From positions 4,837,394 to 4,901,393 of the forward strand of contig CAJINV010000005.1 in assembly GCA_905178155.1 (NCBI GenBank): DNA of 64,000 bases. The letters are read 5' to 3'. Numbering within the stretch: position 1 is the first letter of the stretch; each line of letters opens with the position of its first letter. Both the position numbers and the translations under genes were made by a program. The stretch is from Amoebophrya sp. A120 (taxonomy: Eukaryota; Protista; Dinoflagellata). The notes under the pieces are model-generated. The model did not search any database. It was not told the origin of the DNA and was given only the letters and a program-made list of their open reading frames with translations. Of the stretch, positions 24,343-36,671 are shown in pieces.

Positions 24343-27300
24343 CTAGAGTTCTTCCTCTTCGAGCAAAAACGCCCGCTCCTCGTCATCCGCTTCGTGAAAA
24401 CGATTCTCTGTCGTGGCTCCAGAACTACGAAGAACATTTTCCACAGGCTCCGCACCTAGTTTTTCCCCACCGTCTCCACCAGCCTGAAGATCAAGATCTA
24501 CTTCATTCGGCGAAGCAACATCCCCGAACAGCTCCAACACTGTACTCTCCTATCAAACAAAAACCTGTTAACGTTAACGGTTCTGGGGCATTGCAATCAC
24601 GCTTGACAAATTTTCGCTATCATGCATGCTAGGCAATACAAATTTGGGAATCATTTGTCGTGCGTTCCTGCATGCCAAATTCCGTTAACGTTAACACTTT
24701 TGCTCGTGATATTTCCTCCCGCCATTCTATGGCTCCGGACTTGCTCTTCCCGTGTTTCAAGAAATCATACGGCGCCGTGTAGACACGATTTATTTTCCCC
24801 TTATTCCTTGTCGAAGTTGTAGTAGACGATGGACCTACACGAGGAACTTCCTCCGTGAAGTACCGATATTATCAAATGTAAAAATGTGGTCTGGGTCTGG
24901 AAACTTGTGATGCTGAATTGCGCATGATTGAAGCGCTTCCAATGGCAGCCAAGCATGACAAGTTTTTGAGAGGTCTGCTGATGCCTGGCGCGCATTACAA
25001 ATTGCGTTTTCGCATGACAAAGAAAGCCGCTGTTTTGCTGCTCATGCAACACAGATTTTCCAGGAATGCATGACACGCATTACAAGTTCCAATTTTCCAG
25101 ACCCAGACATTTTTGCATTTGATAGATATCTGTTTTTCCTGATACTTCTCTGCACGTTTTTGCAACAGGACTCAATCCTTTCCAGTACTCTTTCGTAGTT
25201 CTTTGCGTATTTGTAAACGATTTTCCGGCACTCGGGATCGTCGTAGATGTAGGGTTTGATTGACAACACATGCGGGGGCTTTTGTCTTGCTGTTTCTCCA
25301 TCGCTGTCGCTGTTGGTCATGCTGGTCTCTGATGTATCACCTCCTACTTCGTTGTGCGACTCAATCCACTCCATGCTGTCCAGCAATCTGGTCCAATCCT
25401 CTTCCCGCCAGTTCGCCAATCGTTCTTTCGTTGGCAATATGAGAGTCCACAACTCCCCCACCTCCCCCTCATTTGTATTGCATGAACAGCAATAGAAACG
25501 CCACCACACGCGGAGCCTGTGCATGGCAAATGTTTCATGCGCCTAGAGTAGTGCTCTTAGAGCTTTCGGAGTCTGTCATGCGAACAGTGCCACAGGGAAG
25601 CGCTTGCATTTGGGGTTTTGCATGACAAATGAGGGGGACGGGGGAGTTGTGCACTTTCATAGGCAAATACGGACAGCCCGCGTCTTCCCCCGTATCGCCC
25701 CCGATCATGACGGCTTTGAGAGCCTTTTCCGGCACCGGACAGGGCTATCCTAAGTAAAAACGTCCCCATCCCAGAGTTGTTGTAATGCAAATGCGCAATG
25801 ACATCAGGAACAACTGTGACGCGCATCTCCATGAGAGGCATTCCCAGCCGTGTTTTGGTGGTTGTAATGCTGTAAACAGGATGAGAAAATGGCTCTCTCA
25901 TGTGGCTTCCCTTGCTAACCACCACTACACTGCAAATGGAAAATTGTCATGCACACCTCCCAAAACGTGGGGATTTGTGTTGCGGATCTACCAACTTGAC
26001 AATGGGGTGGGGACGTTTTTTCTTCAGATAAGGGAAGCGTCATGTTCCAAGCGAGGCAGAGTTCCGAGGGGTAAATCTCGTCCAGCGTGAGACTATTGTC
26101 CTGAAACACCAACTCATTTCGCACCTCGCAGTTCCGCGGGTGATCGGTGAACTGCGACGCGTTATCGGAAGAAAAAATCTCCCCTCCCCATATCGAAAAG
26201 CGCAATGCTGACTTGTGACCACAAATCGCGTCTGTCTTGCAAGAAAGCAACGCCACAGGTTCCGCCCCATTATGCGGGCGGTTTGTAATGCTGTTGGGCC
26301 TACAGCATTCATGTTTGCCATCCTAGGCGCCTAGGCCAAGACCTCTCTACTCAGGCTTGACAAGCGCCTGAAGTCCTCTACTGCAAGACAAATATGATTT
26401 GTGTACGCAAATTCAGCATCAGAAACTTCATCCCGATATGGGGAGGGGAGATTTTTAGTTTTGATACGCGTCTTCACACAACCTGTGCGCCACCGCGAGA
26501 TTCCCGACCTTGAGATAGCTCCCGATATCCAGGAGCATCAGCACCGGTTCTTTTCGCATGCAGAACAACAGATCGTTTCGCCACGTAAAATTCGCGTCGT
26601 GCACGACGGATTTTCCGAAACAGTGGAAGGTGCCGAATGGCGACCGCTTTTATGCATTGCAAGAATACAACATCGCACTCGCAGGTACAAGTCGCAGCCT
26701 GGCATGACAAATCAAATCCTTGAGCAAAATCTGCATGACAGACTCCATTTCTGATCTTACAAAAACTTGTCTTCGTGCGACCCTACTTCTAGAACAACGA
26801 CCATAGTACTTTTGCAATGCATAGCTTTAGCCTCTCGGTGATCTCCAGCATGATGTGCTGGCTGTGCGTCTCGGATTCCGCGCCAATGAATAAATCGATA
26901 TCGTCGTTCTCCAAGTCAAAGTGGTCATCTTCCCCGTTGACGATTGTTTCCCCAAGACTGTTCACGGAATTCCTGACGTCAAAACTGTTTGCCGCGTACC
27001 GGAGGAACGCCATCAACGTGCCCCCCTTCGGCGCCCATTCGAGTTGCAGCTCGTTGGTGAAAAGTTCGTTGATTTCGTACAGGACAGATTTGTAGTTGTC
27101 CATCCGCTGTTGCTTCGTTAGATTCCCTTTCCGAAATTCCGCCGTGCGATTATGCGACATCTCTAAAGCGAACATCTCGTTCCCCGCGGATTGCGACTCA
27201 TACATGGACTGAAACGCGGTTTTTGTCTTCTGCTTGATCCGTCGCAGGGTGTGCTCGGAGGCGAAACACTGATTCCGGATGGCATGGTCGTAGGGAGTGA

Positions 27301-30300
27301 GGCATGCATTGCAGATATGTCTGGGTCTGTAAGAGCGGAACTTGTAATGCTGTCTGCGGATTCTAGAAATATCTGTGTTGCATGAGCAGCAACAAGAGGA
27401 GTCAGTTCTTGGCACGCTTGTATGGCATTTCTCATGCGTGTTTAGCATCAACAAGCTCCCAAAAAAACTGTGATGCTAGCACCAGCATCACAGACCTCGC
27501 GGGCCATGCAAAATGTGCATGGCAAGCCCCGACTCTTCCAGACCCAAACATATTTGCAGTGAATATGAGGGCAGCTAGCGTGGTCGTCCTCTCCGCACCA
27601 TCTTCTTCGCTATGTTCCCCGTCCAGTCGCAACTGCTATCCTGTGCACAAGTATCGCACTCGTAGTAATCGCAGTCACGCATTACAAATCTCTTTCCTGA
27701 GGCAACCCTGCATTACAAATTGTATATTCTAATGCTGAGAAAATTTGTCATGCGATTTATACTAGTACGATGCTTTTGCATTTCATAACTGCAGCACCTG
27801 CGCCAAAACGTCAAATTTCTGGATGTTCTGCTGAATCTCGACGAACTTCCGCTGCGCCTGGTAAATCGGCTGCCAGATGTCCCCGTTGTTCGCCAGAAAT
27901 TGGTCGAAATTGTACAGATTTCCCAGAAGCAGGACAAATGGGAAGCAATCGGCCGCGATCCGTCGCTGCCAGGACTGGTTCTGCTTCTCGTCGTCCTGAC
28001 TCGTGCCTTTCTTCTCCTTGTTTCCGAACAGAATTCCCTCGATCACTAGGAAATACGGGTGCATCGCGTCCATGGAAACGTACTTGTAGAGAGAATTGTC
28101 GCGCACCTTGTGCATCTCTAGTCGGTCTGTGAAGTCCCGAAAGGTGTGCCGTTGCCGGTCGTGGTAGGGGTAAAGGGTGTTACCGAGCACCAGGTCTGTT
28201 CCGGGGGTGGGTGCGGGTAGTAGAAGGGACGATGCTCGTCGTGGTTCTGACACTGTTGTACCTTCGTTGTCCCGCCCTTCTTCCATTCCTCTCCCCGAAG
28301 TCCTCTTCCCCAACGGGTTGATCTCGTAGCCCTGGGGAAACTTGTACTTCAAATTCGTTCTATGGATTGCAAATATGTCTGGGTCTGGAAGAATACAAAC
28401 TTGTGATGCGTGTTTCGGATCCTACAAAGATCTGTGATGCAGAACGTGCAAAAGGTGCCCACACCTGGCCATGCTGAGAGGGCATTTGTCATGCAGGACA
28501 CGCATCACCAAGGAGCTGCAGAACCTGTGATGCTAGGCCCTGCATTCCAGACGTGGCGGAGCTTGAAAAAACGGCATGACAAATCTCGGAATCTCCCAGA
28601 CCCAGACATTTTTGCATTTGAAACGTTCTGATCTGTAGCAACGTGTTCTGCTCCGCGCGGTCTAAGGCGTTGAATATCCTGAGTAAAAACGTACCCACAC
28701 CAGAGTTGTAATGCAGATTTGCAAAGACAGGAAGACTTGTAATGCGCATCCGCATGAGAGCCATTCCCAATCGTTTTTTGGAATTTGTGATGCTGTGAAC
28801 AGGATGAGCAGATGAATCTGTGATGCGGCTGCACTTGCTTACCTGCACTACACTGCAGAGTGCAACTTGTCATGCGTGACTCACAAAACTCCTAGGTTTG
28901 TGTTGCAAAATCCCCATCCTGACTCTGGTGTGGGTACGTTTTTACTCAGGATATTGAAATACGGGTGGATAGCCTCCAAATGCCGGGCGAAGGCGCGGAA
29001 GGTGGAAGAACTCCTGTTTGGTGCATCTATTTTTCCGTCTTGCGCACGACCATTCGGTACGACCGGATGAAGCACTTCTTCCTCCAGTCGCTTCAATTCT
29101 GACAAAGCGTCTGATGTTTCTCCCACACCTCTGCTACCATTAGAAACTGCGTCCGCTTTTGCGATTAAGGTCAAAACAACCGCCTCCCAGGCCCATGCAA
29201 GCTCTTCTTTCTTACTATTCATCGTATGAACTGCAAAAGTATCGTACTACTAGTACTTGCAACACGAATTCGCTCAGCATGACAAATGGAATTTCTTATG
29301 CTGATTTGCGTTGGGAACGAGATTTGTAATGCATGGCTGCAATTACTACGAGTACGATACTTTTGCAGAGGATACATCGTCGTGAGCTGCAGTTCCAGCA
29401 TCTGCATCTGAAACACCGAATTTGCCTTCGCGGAGGGGAAGGGGGAGGTCTGGTCGTCAAACCAGTGGTACCATTCGGTGGATTTATTCTTCTCATCTGT
29501 GGTCGGTTTTGTTTCCAAAACTATCATGTCCTGTGCGCTGGAATCGTGGTCAACAGCGCTGTCGATATAATCGCCAGAGAGGACCGTTGTAGTTCTCCTG
29601 TCGTCAACTTCTGCTAGTCGTTCCTCATTTTTCGTCAGAAACTCGATTTTCCCCTCGTCTTCCAGGACCGCTTTCTCAAACAATGCAAGCGCTAGATTGT
29701 CGTCCTTCGAAGTGGAAATTACACGACTTTGAAAACTATTTTCAGACCCTCCTGCTTGTTCATCTCCCGAAGAAGTAGATGCTACTCCAAAATGCTTCCC
29801 AAAATTTTTCGTTTTCGCTTCCGCCATGGCGGTGGCAAGAGATTTTCGAAGCAAAATTAGGTCGAAATGGAGAGAGGAGATCATAACCTGAGAATCTCCT
29901 ATGATTCCATTCTGTTTTATATTATCGCTGCTCTTGCTCGTTTTCACCACCAGCAAACTCTTCTGCTTGTTCGCCTCTTTCGAGAACATCGCGTCCGTTA
30001 TCGCCCTCAAATTCTTGAATCCCCTGTACCTCCGGAGGTAGGAAACTTTTTTTATCTTCTCATCCTCTTCCAGGAGCAATGCGTTTTGGTCCTGATCGCT
30101 CGTTTTTCTTGGTCCCTTCGTCCGGTCCCGGACATGGTCCTCGATTGTCGACATGACGTCCGCGAGGGAGACCGTGACATAGTCTGGATTTTTTGTCGCA
30201 GATGCACCTTGATGCTTTTCTTGCCCGGAGCTTGCGGTAGTGCTACTCTCATCCACCGGGTAGGGGACGCGGAACTTCACGCGTTCGCACTTTTCGGTAC

Positions 30301-30511
30301 CCGGGTCTTCCGTCCAAGAGGTGAACTCCTCAATGGCGCTGTACAAATCGGAGTCGAAGCCCGGCTGCTCGGCAAGGACGGAGAAGTGGCTGAAAAATAT
30401 CGCCGTCGCGGTAAACAGCACGCGAGAGAGCCGTGTCGTGAAGCAAACACCCCCAGACGGGGAGCAGAGACGCACGGAGTGGTGAAACGACGAGGTTGTT
30501 GAACAAACCAT
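24343..30511 (-). CDS. Secretory-pathway protein with LicD/fukutin-like nucleotidyltransferase domain, 11 introners
   Basis: N-terminal hydrophobic segment (VLFTATAIFFSHFSVLA). GGTLMAFLRY...NDDIDLFI matches LicD GTLLGA.R...DDDID; EIYPSELCLAWNMTLPCPVPEKAL resembles the LicD C-terminal part. Confidence 0.7.
24551..24711. mobile_element. Introner family G (TIR containing gttaacgttaacgg)
   Basis: TSD tctcc/tttcc. Confidence 0.8.
24870..25124. mobile_element. Introner family A
   Basis: TSD gatat/gatat. Confidence 0.9.
25438..25661. mobile_element. Introner family C
   Basis: TSD ggcaa/ggcaa. Confidence 0.9.
25746..26030. mobile_element. Introner family D
   Basis: TSD agggc/aggga. Confidence 0.85.
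26163..26466. mobile_element. Introner family F
   Basis: TSD cgcgt/cgcgt. Confidence 0.9.
26651..26823. mobile_element. Introner family B-like
   Basis: TSD gcttt/gcttt. Confidence 0.85.
27303..27565. mobile_element. Introner family A, inverted; left end CAT instead of TAT
   Basis: TSD tgagg/tgagg. Confidence 0.85.
27637..27787. mobile_element. Introner family B
   Basis: TSD actgc/actgc. Confidence 0.9.
28361..28623. mobile_element. Introner family A; right end AAA instead of ATA
   Basis: TSD cgttc/cgttc. Confidence 0.85.
28675..28953. mobile_element. Introner family D with perfect 32-bp TIR
   Basis: TSD ttgaa/ttgaa. Confidence 0.95.
29225..29374. mobile_element. Introner family B
   Basis: TSD catcg/catcg. 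Confidence 0.9.
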
Positions 30512-31368
30512 TATGAAGAATACAGTAGTACCGAAACAGGTCCTCACGCTGGACAAAAAGCGGTCAATACCGAAAAAGAAGAAGAAGTAGTTGCCAGGGA
30601 TGCGAAAAAAAAGGCGTAAAAAGCACCAGCATCCTTTTAAATTCCTCGCTCGTGTGCTCGCTCACCATCTGGCCTGAGAAATAAGTGCATCGAAAACAAT
30701 TAATCAAAAAGGTAAGTAAAAGTGGTATCTTCACATTTTCCAAAGAGATGACCTGGTGGCTCAAAAGTAGCATTCTTCCTGGACCTTGTTCTTCAACCAA
30801 AATGCTCTTCTGTTCCCAAAGAAAACATCCCCGAAACAGGCACGCAAGACACGAAGAACCGCTACCTGTAGATGGTTCTTCAGATAGAAGAATATTGGCA
30901 GAACCCTCGCCAAGGAGCCTGTATTGTTGGTTCTCTTGCCGTGCTCAACACCTGCTTTTACGGCTGTGGCTTCTGAAGAATGCGAATGCCATTAGCCTAC
31001 CATGGTTCATGAAGTTGCTGGTGGACGTGATGCCATCCTGTTTCTCTTCACATAAGTGTTCGTGCTGGGAAAAGAAAATTGTTGTCTGTCGTGTTTTTCA
31101 TTTTGTTTGTTTGAAATTCGCATGGCTTTGCAACAGAGCCCCCACAGGAGGACATCTAAACAATTAACCGTTGTCACTCACCTCCACCTGCACCCACTCC
31201 GCGTAGGCCTGATTCGCTCGCATCTTCTTGTAAAAATTAAAACCAGCTTGAGGCACGAAGGGACTTTACATGCATGGATGCAGTTTGTCATGCACGGCAA
31301 GGAAGTAGAACTACACGCATGGTAGAAGTTTCTTGCCGTTCTAGAAAGCAGTTCAAATGATGAAATGC

Positions 31369-32911
31369 CTACTTCTCCTTCAATGCTGATCCGTCGCCGA
31401 CCCACCTCAAGATGTTGCCCATGCCATATTCCTCTACAAGAACAGAATCTTGATCGACGTGGCCGGAATGATTCCGGTTCTCCTTCTCCTCCGCCTGGAT
31501 CTCTTCCAACACCCGCGCAACCAGACTGGCTTTCGTTTTGATCAGCATTTTGCTCACCGGCGCGGACGCGGTTTCTTTGTCCTCATTTTTGTCCGCGGCA
31601 TCCACAACGATCTGCACGCACGCCGCCAGTCTCTTCAGTATGGAACGGCAGGACTTTTTCGTCGCGAATCAAATTTTTTACAACGGGTACAGAAATTCAT
31701 GCTTATGAGTTGTAGTATATCAATCTGCAGGAGCCCTAGCCTGCTCCTCCTGTCCCATCATCATGCAAATCTCGACTCGTCCGCCCAGAGGCAATCGAAC
31801 TTGATTCGCGCCCGAGTTCTTTTTCCGGCATAATCGCCACCAGATCTGCTGCTAGATCTGAAAAGTTTCGCCCATTGGCTGACCGCACCGTGATCTGGCT
31901 CACCGCGCGTTCGCTTTTCTTCCCGGCGCTAATAGCATCATCCTGCACCGCCGCGTCTGTCAGGATCATCGGCGTGTCATAGGGATGCAGTTCGGCGATC
32001 AGGGTTGCAAGTCGGTCTCGGTCCGCTAGAATCTTGTCGTTTTTAGCAGTAGTTGCTTTAGTACTCTGCTCATCGCGTTCACCAACTGGAAAAATCGTTG
32101 GTGCCGCTGATGTTGCCGCGGTAGTTCTATTGTTTTTTACAGCCAACGATTGCAGTGCCGGATCGTTTTCATTCATTGGAGTGCTACCTTCATTATCACT
32201 TTCGCCGAGAAACAAATCACGACACAACTGCGGTTCTTTTACTCCAGTGCTTGCGGTGGTAAGTTCCCACGTTACCCGAATCTCCGGCTCGTTCTTTTTC
32301 ACAGCTGATTTCCACCGGTAGAAGCTCTTGATCCTTTGCAGGGTTGCTGTCACGCAACTCGTAGGCGAAATTGTTCCCGGATCATGGAGCACTGCTCCGG
32401 CCGTATTGTAGTCCTGCCCGACAGGAATGTTTTTTGTAAAAATTTTCCTTCTCACCTTGTCCACCAGTGCTCTCGCTTCCTCCTCCGTTTCCACCGTGGT
32501 CACGACTAAGGTTTTCTTGTTGTTTTGTGTTTGCTTCGGTTTTGAACCAAATGGAGAAAGCTGCAGCTCCGTTCTTTTCTCCCTCGATGCCCTTGTAGTT
32601 GTTGCATGAGCGCTACTAGTATTCACCCCCTTCGCGGCGTGATTGCTGTTCGGTGTAGACCCTGCAGAATGCTTAAAAGCCGAAGTTCCGGTCCTACTAG
32701 TTCGCTCTTCTGCGACGTCATGATGTAGCTGTGAACTACCCTGCTCCTTCCGTATCAGGTGCCAGTCGTGGTCTCTTTCCTGTGTAGAACCCGTGGCGCC
32801 CACCGTTTTTCTCGAAGAAACCGTTGCGACCGGTAGGTGGAAGGACAGGGAGAGGAAGAAACAGCGGAGGCAAGAAACGCAGAAGACGTTGTAAAGGACG
32901 CAGGGCTTCAT
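31369..32911 (-). CDS. Signal-peptide protein with two CutA (divalent cation tolerance) domains
   Basis: Domain 1: VVTTVETEEEARAL, IKSFYRW, IAELHPYDTPMIL. Domain 2, after removing 31639-31832: LAADLV..RLAACVQI...MLIKTK...GNILRWV. Confidence 0.75.
31639..31832. mobile_element. Degenerate introner in the CutA gene
   Basis: TATG...CATA ends with a cgcgaatcaa inverted pair; TSD decayed; excision plus 5 nt restores RLAACVQI. Confidence 0.7.
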
Positions 32912-34200
32912 CGTGGTTATCGATTTCTGAATGATTTACTTCTGGTTCCTCACCCTCCTCTTCACAGCCCGTACGTACAAGAAGACTCTTCCTGAGAGTA
33001 AGCAGGTCTCTTCACGTGTCAGGCCTTCCCTGAAACCATAGAGCTGGTGGATGCAATGCGGCCTCCTACCACAGCACAATAGACCTGGTGGATATAATGC
33101 GGCCTCCTACCACAGACTCAGTATCATAGAACGCTCAAGAAGGTGTGTACTGCTTGCCGCGTTTTTGCTCACTCCTCGCTCGACGAGACACATGAAACCT
33201 GATGTGGTCTTATATTTTTTTACTGAGCTTTTCAAGAAAGCCCCGAATCAGAAACCTGAAATACCGAGCAAAAACGTAGAAACTGACATCACGATCAACC
33301 GATCTACTTCTGCCGATGACCATGAGGAACGAGCCGAACGCGACGCTGGGATTTCGATACAGCACACGTGGGATTTTTATGTAAAGCGTGCATAACAAAA
33401 ATAAAGCTCTTCTGCGCCGTACTAGTGGGTCTTAGTATCGTTTGTTTGTTTGTGCGAGTGGAGCCGTGGATTTCCGGTTGAAGGTTTTACGTTCTGCTCA
33501 AACAAAAATACGTGTGGTGGAATGACTTTGCACTTACGCCTGAAAAGAAAGGAAAAAAAGTGCTGTGAGAAGCATAAAAAAGAGTGTATGCGTAACGATA
33601 AAACTAAATCTTAAAAGTTTCCGTTGCCGACAAACCCCGCGGCGTGCAGCCGACTGCTTTTGGATGAAAAGTTGAATGCTACAAAAGACTCTGAGACATT
33701 TTTGTTTCGAAAGTTGTAGTACGAAAGCTTAAAGGTTTCTGAGGAAAGTCCGTTTACTACTAGGAATTGTTGTACTCACATTGGGACAAAAGTGCATTTA
33801 CAGTAGATTTCTTGTTGGTGAGGCTAACATTCTTTTTCTCACACGACAAAACATTCACTTAGAATAAAAATCGGATTTCATTGAACTTTCTGACATTGAT
33901 GTACCCAGCTGCATTGACAAGGAAATAAAACGCTTTAATGTACGTGAAACGAAGACGAATTTGATGAAGTGCTTGCAACTATGTGATAAAAAAAAGTACG
34001 TAAAAGTTGGTATTGTATTGTGTTTCAAGCTCGTTATTCATATTCTTGTTGTAATTGTGAAAAAAAAAGTCTTCTGCTGCGGGACCAGTGGCGCACCCCT
34101 TTCTACACGTGCACCACCAACTGTATTCGACCTACGACACTCATCCTCAGTATCGTCACTAGAAATCCCGAGGACCTCAGGAAGCCTAAATTCCCGCGAG

Positions 34201-34412
34201 TATCCAGGAAAAAAACTGTGTTAGTGTATCCATTTCCCATGTATACTTTCTTTGGCTGAAAGCATCACAAATCTGCTCTACATGACAGAGAGAATCTGTC
34301 ATGCGTGAGTGTGGCTTGTCTGGGAAAACACACATGAAAAAAGGACTTCATACAAAAGTGATATATTAGAGATTGGCAAGTGGTGTGCTCTCAAAAAAGT
34401 ACTTTGTTCATA
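34201..34412. mobile_element. Degenerate family-E-like introner downstream of the PARG stop
   Basis: Left end tatccaggaaaaaaactgtgttagtgta and internal gcatcacaaa/tgtcatgc motifs; right end uncertain. Confidence 0.55.
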
Positions 34413-34461
34413 CCCGCCGCGCAGCTCCTCCTGCTGGTTCCGCCATCACAAATTCGCCAGA

Positions 34462-35472
34462 TCAACCGGATGTGCCGGACCCCCCACTTGGGCTGGGATC
34501 CGGGAGCCCGGGCATCTCGTCCGGAAACAGCGCCTTGAAAGCGTTGCGGTTGTCGCGACCTAGTATAGCAAACACGATCACGAAGCCTTTTAGCTCATCT
34601 TTGTACTTGTCAATGGCCTCCTTAAAGAGTTGCGCCACAACCAGGCGAGGATTCCCGAACGCTCCGCAACCGAGCGCGCCCAATATGACAGCCTTGTGGT
34701 GGTTGTGCTCGGTCGTCAGCGTACGAAAGATCGCGTCGATGCGCGCTGTCATCTGCTGCAAGGCGATTGGATAGCTAGCCGCAAATTGTTCTTTGTTCAT
34801 TCCGTTGTCCCAAGCCGGTACACGCTGAAAGAGGTTCACAGCTGCGACTTTCAGCTCCAGGAAGGGGAATACCTCGTCCTCGCGCAACCACGAGTAGTGC
34901 TCGTCTGGGTTCCGTAAGCAGATCCGATCGTCCGTGTACAGCAAGGCCTCGCCCGATTCGGCTTTGATGCTCCTGGAATAAGAAGGCGCGTACTTGTGCC
35001 CGTCCCACTTCGTGTGCAACATTTGTGGCGAATGTCGTCCCTTTCGAAAATCTTCCGAAATGTCTCCGTAATGGTCGTCCTCGTCCTCGTCCAGATCCGA
35101 CAGACCCGGAAACGTGTCGGTCGGTTCGTCAACTAGCTTGTCTTTCTTGATGTGCAGCAGCGCGTCTGACGCGCGGTACAAGGTTTCCTCCTGGGCGCCC
35201 TGGCCCCGCTTCACACCACCGCCAACATTGTACGCGTTCGCCATGTTCAGCACCGCAAACTTCTTTCCGAGGTGCTTTGTAAATTTGAGTGCAGTGGCAA
35301 GCGTATCCGCGCCATGCACGAACACTTGAACCTCACCTGTAGGATCGATTCTATACCGGGGCGGTGCCGCCCAGGTCTGGAAGTTGTGTGCTGCAAGGTC
35401 CTTGAAGTGCTTGTATCTCGCCTCCCCCCCGTCCCCCACGAGCGTCTCAAGCGTCCCCACCAGAACGGCCAT
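34462..35472 (-). CDS. Microbial-type poly(ADP-ribose) glycohydrolase (DUF2263/TIGR02452 macrodomain)
   Basis: AVLNMANAYNVGGGVKRGQGAQEETLYRAS (GGG...QEE catalytic loop) and VILGALGCGAFGNP. Uninterrupted ORF; it may be the last exon of the upstream gene. Confidence 0.85.
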   Translation of the reverse strand: MAVLVGTLETLVGDGGEARYKHFKDLAAHNFQTWAAPPRYRIDPTGEVQVFVHGADTLATALKFTKHLGKKFAVLNMANAYNVGGGVKRGQGAQEETLYRASDALLHIKKDKLVDEPTDTFPGLSDLDEDEDDHYGDISEDFRKGRHSPQMLHTKWDGHKYAPSYSRSIKAESGEALLYTDDRICLRNPDEHYSWLREDEVFPFLELKVAAVNLFQRVPAWDNGMNKEQFAASYPIALQQMTARIDAIFRTLTTEHNHHKAVILGALGCGAFGNPRLVVAQLFKEAIDKYKDELKGFVIVFAILGRDNRNAFKALFPDEMPGLPDPSPSGGSGTSG

Positions 35473-36671
35473 CCGCTCAGGGTTTCCCGGCCGAGATTTC
35501 CCCGCCCGGCCCTTCCCCCCGTTGTGTCAGATTGAAAACCGCGCCACCCGCAATTACAGCCTGCCTTCCCGCACAAATTACGGTGTGCTTTTTGTCGTGG
35601 AGCCAGAAAACAAAGACCCGTTTCCCGTTGCGGGCCGATGGGGCCGCCACGAGGGTTTCTTACATGGCTAAACGAAAGCAAAAGCGTCGCAAATAGCACT
35701 CTGTCACAACAAGAAAGCAGCCCTGGTTTACCTTTAACGCAAGGTCATAAGAATTTAGATTTCCATAGCGCATTCAGAAAAAATCAACACGTCACAATTC
35801 TGCCTCGCGCGAGGCTCGACGTACAACACCTCCGCAAAAACCTACGGAGCGGCAAGCTGTATTAATATGCGGTGAGCAGGAGTAGCAGTCGCTTCGATAC
35901 GCTCTCCCCATTGGCCTGCCTCTCGATATCCCGCATTGCGGGAGGGCGAATTGCAGGGTACTCTTCTCAAGATGAAATCCGCCCCCCAGACCCCTGTTTG
36001 TCCTTCCAATGCAAAGTCGAGCTGCGCTCCTTCCTTCTGCCGGAAGACACTTAATGCGCGGCTCATCCAAAAAACACCCGCAGCCGGCTCGAACAGTCGA
36101 GCCGAGCATCAGACGAGCGGCTACAGCGCCAAAGAATATATAAGCACGGCAAAAAACGTGATCTAAATAGTGCCCTCGGTGGATTCCCCGGCGCGGTCAG
36201 TTGCCGACCTGAACTTTTTGGAAAAGGGGGATGGAAGGGCGGACTTCATCTGCGATACTGTCAACGCGTTGTGCTTGTAAAGCGCCTCCCACTCTTCGTA
36301 AAATTGTTTCGGATTGATCTTCTTGTTGCGGCTGCTAGGATCGTGCGGTTCAGTTACATATAACCTGTTCTCGGTGAAGCGGCCCTGGTCCGCAGCCGGA
36401 ATGATCTCCAGAAAAGATTCATGCACTAAAGTCCCTTGGCCCTCCGGAACCACGAGCGGAAGGTCTATGACAGCGCCAAAAACCCCCAAAAGGCGCCAAG
36501 TGGCCGGCTCGCTGCTTTAAACCATGATCGCAGGCGCGGTGCGGGCTGCAGAAAAAATGCCTGAACTACAGTGCCATCATGAGTGCAGATCCCGAATCTC
36601 CTAAATGCATCTTTGTCTCCCTCTAGTTGATGCGCATAGAAATAGACCAAGCTCTGTCATACAAAATCGAT

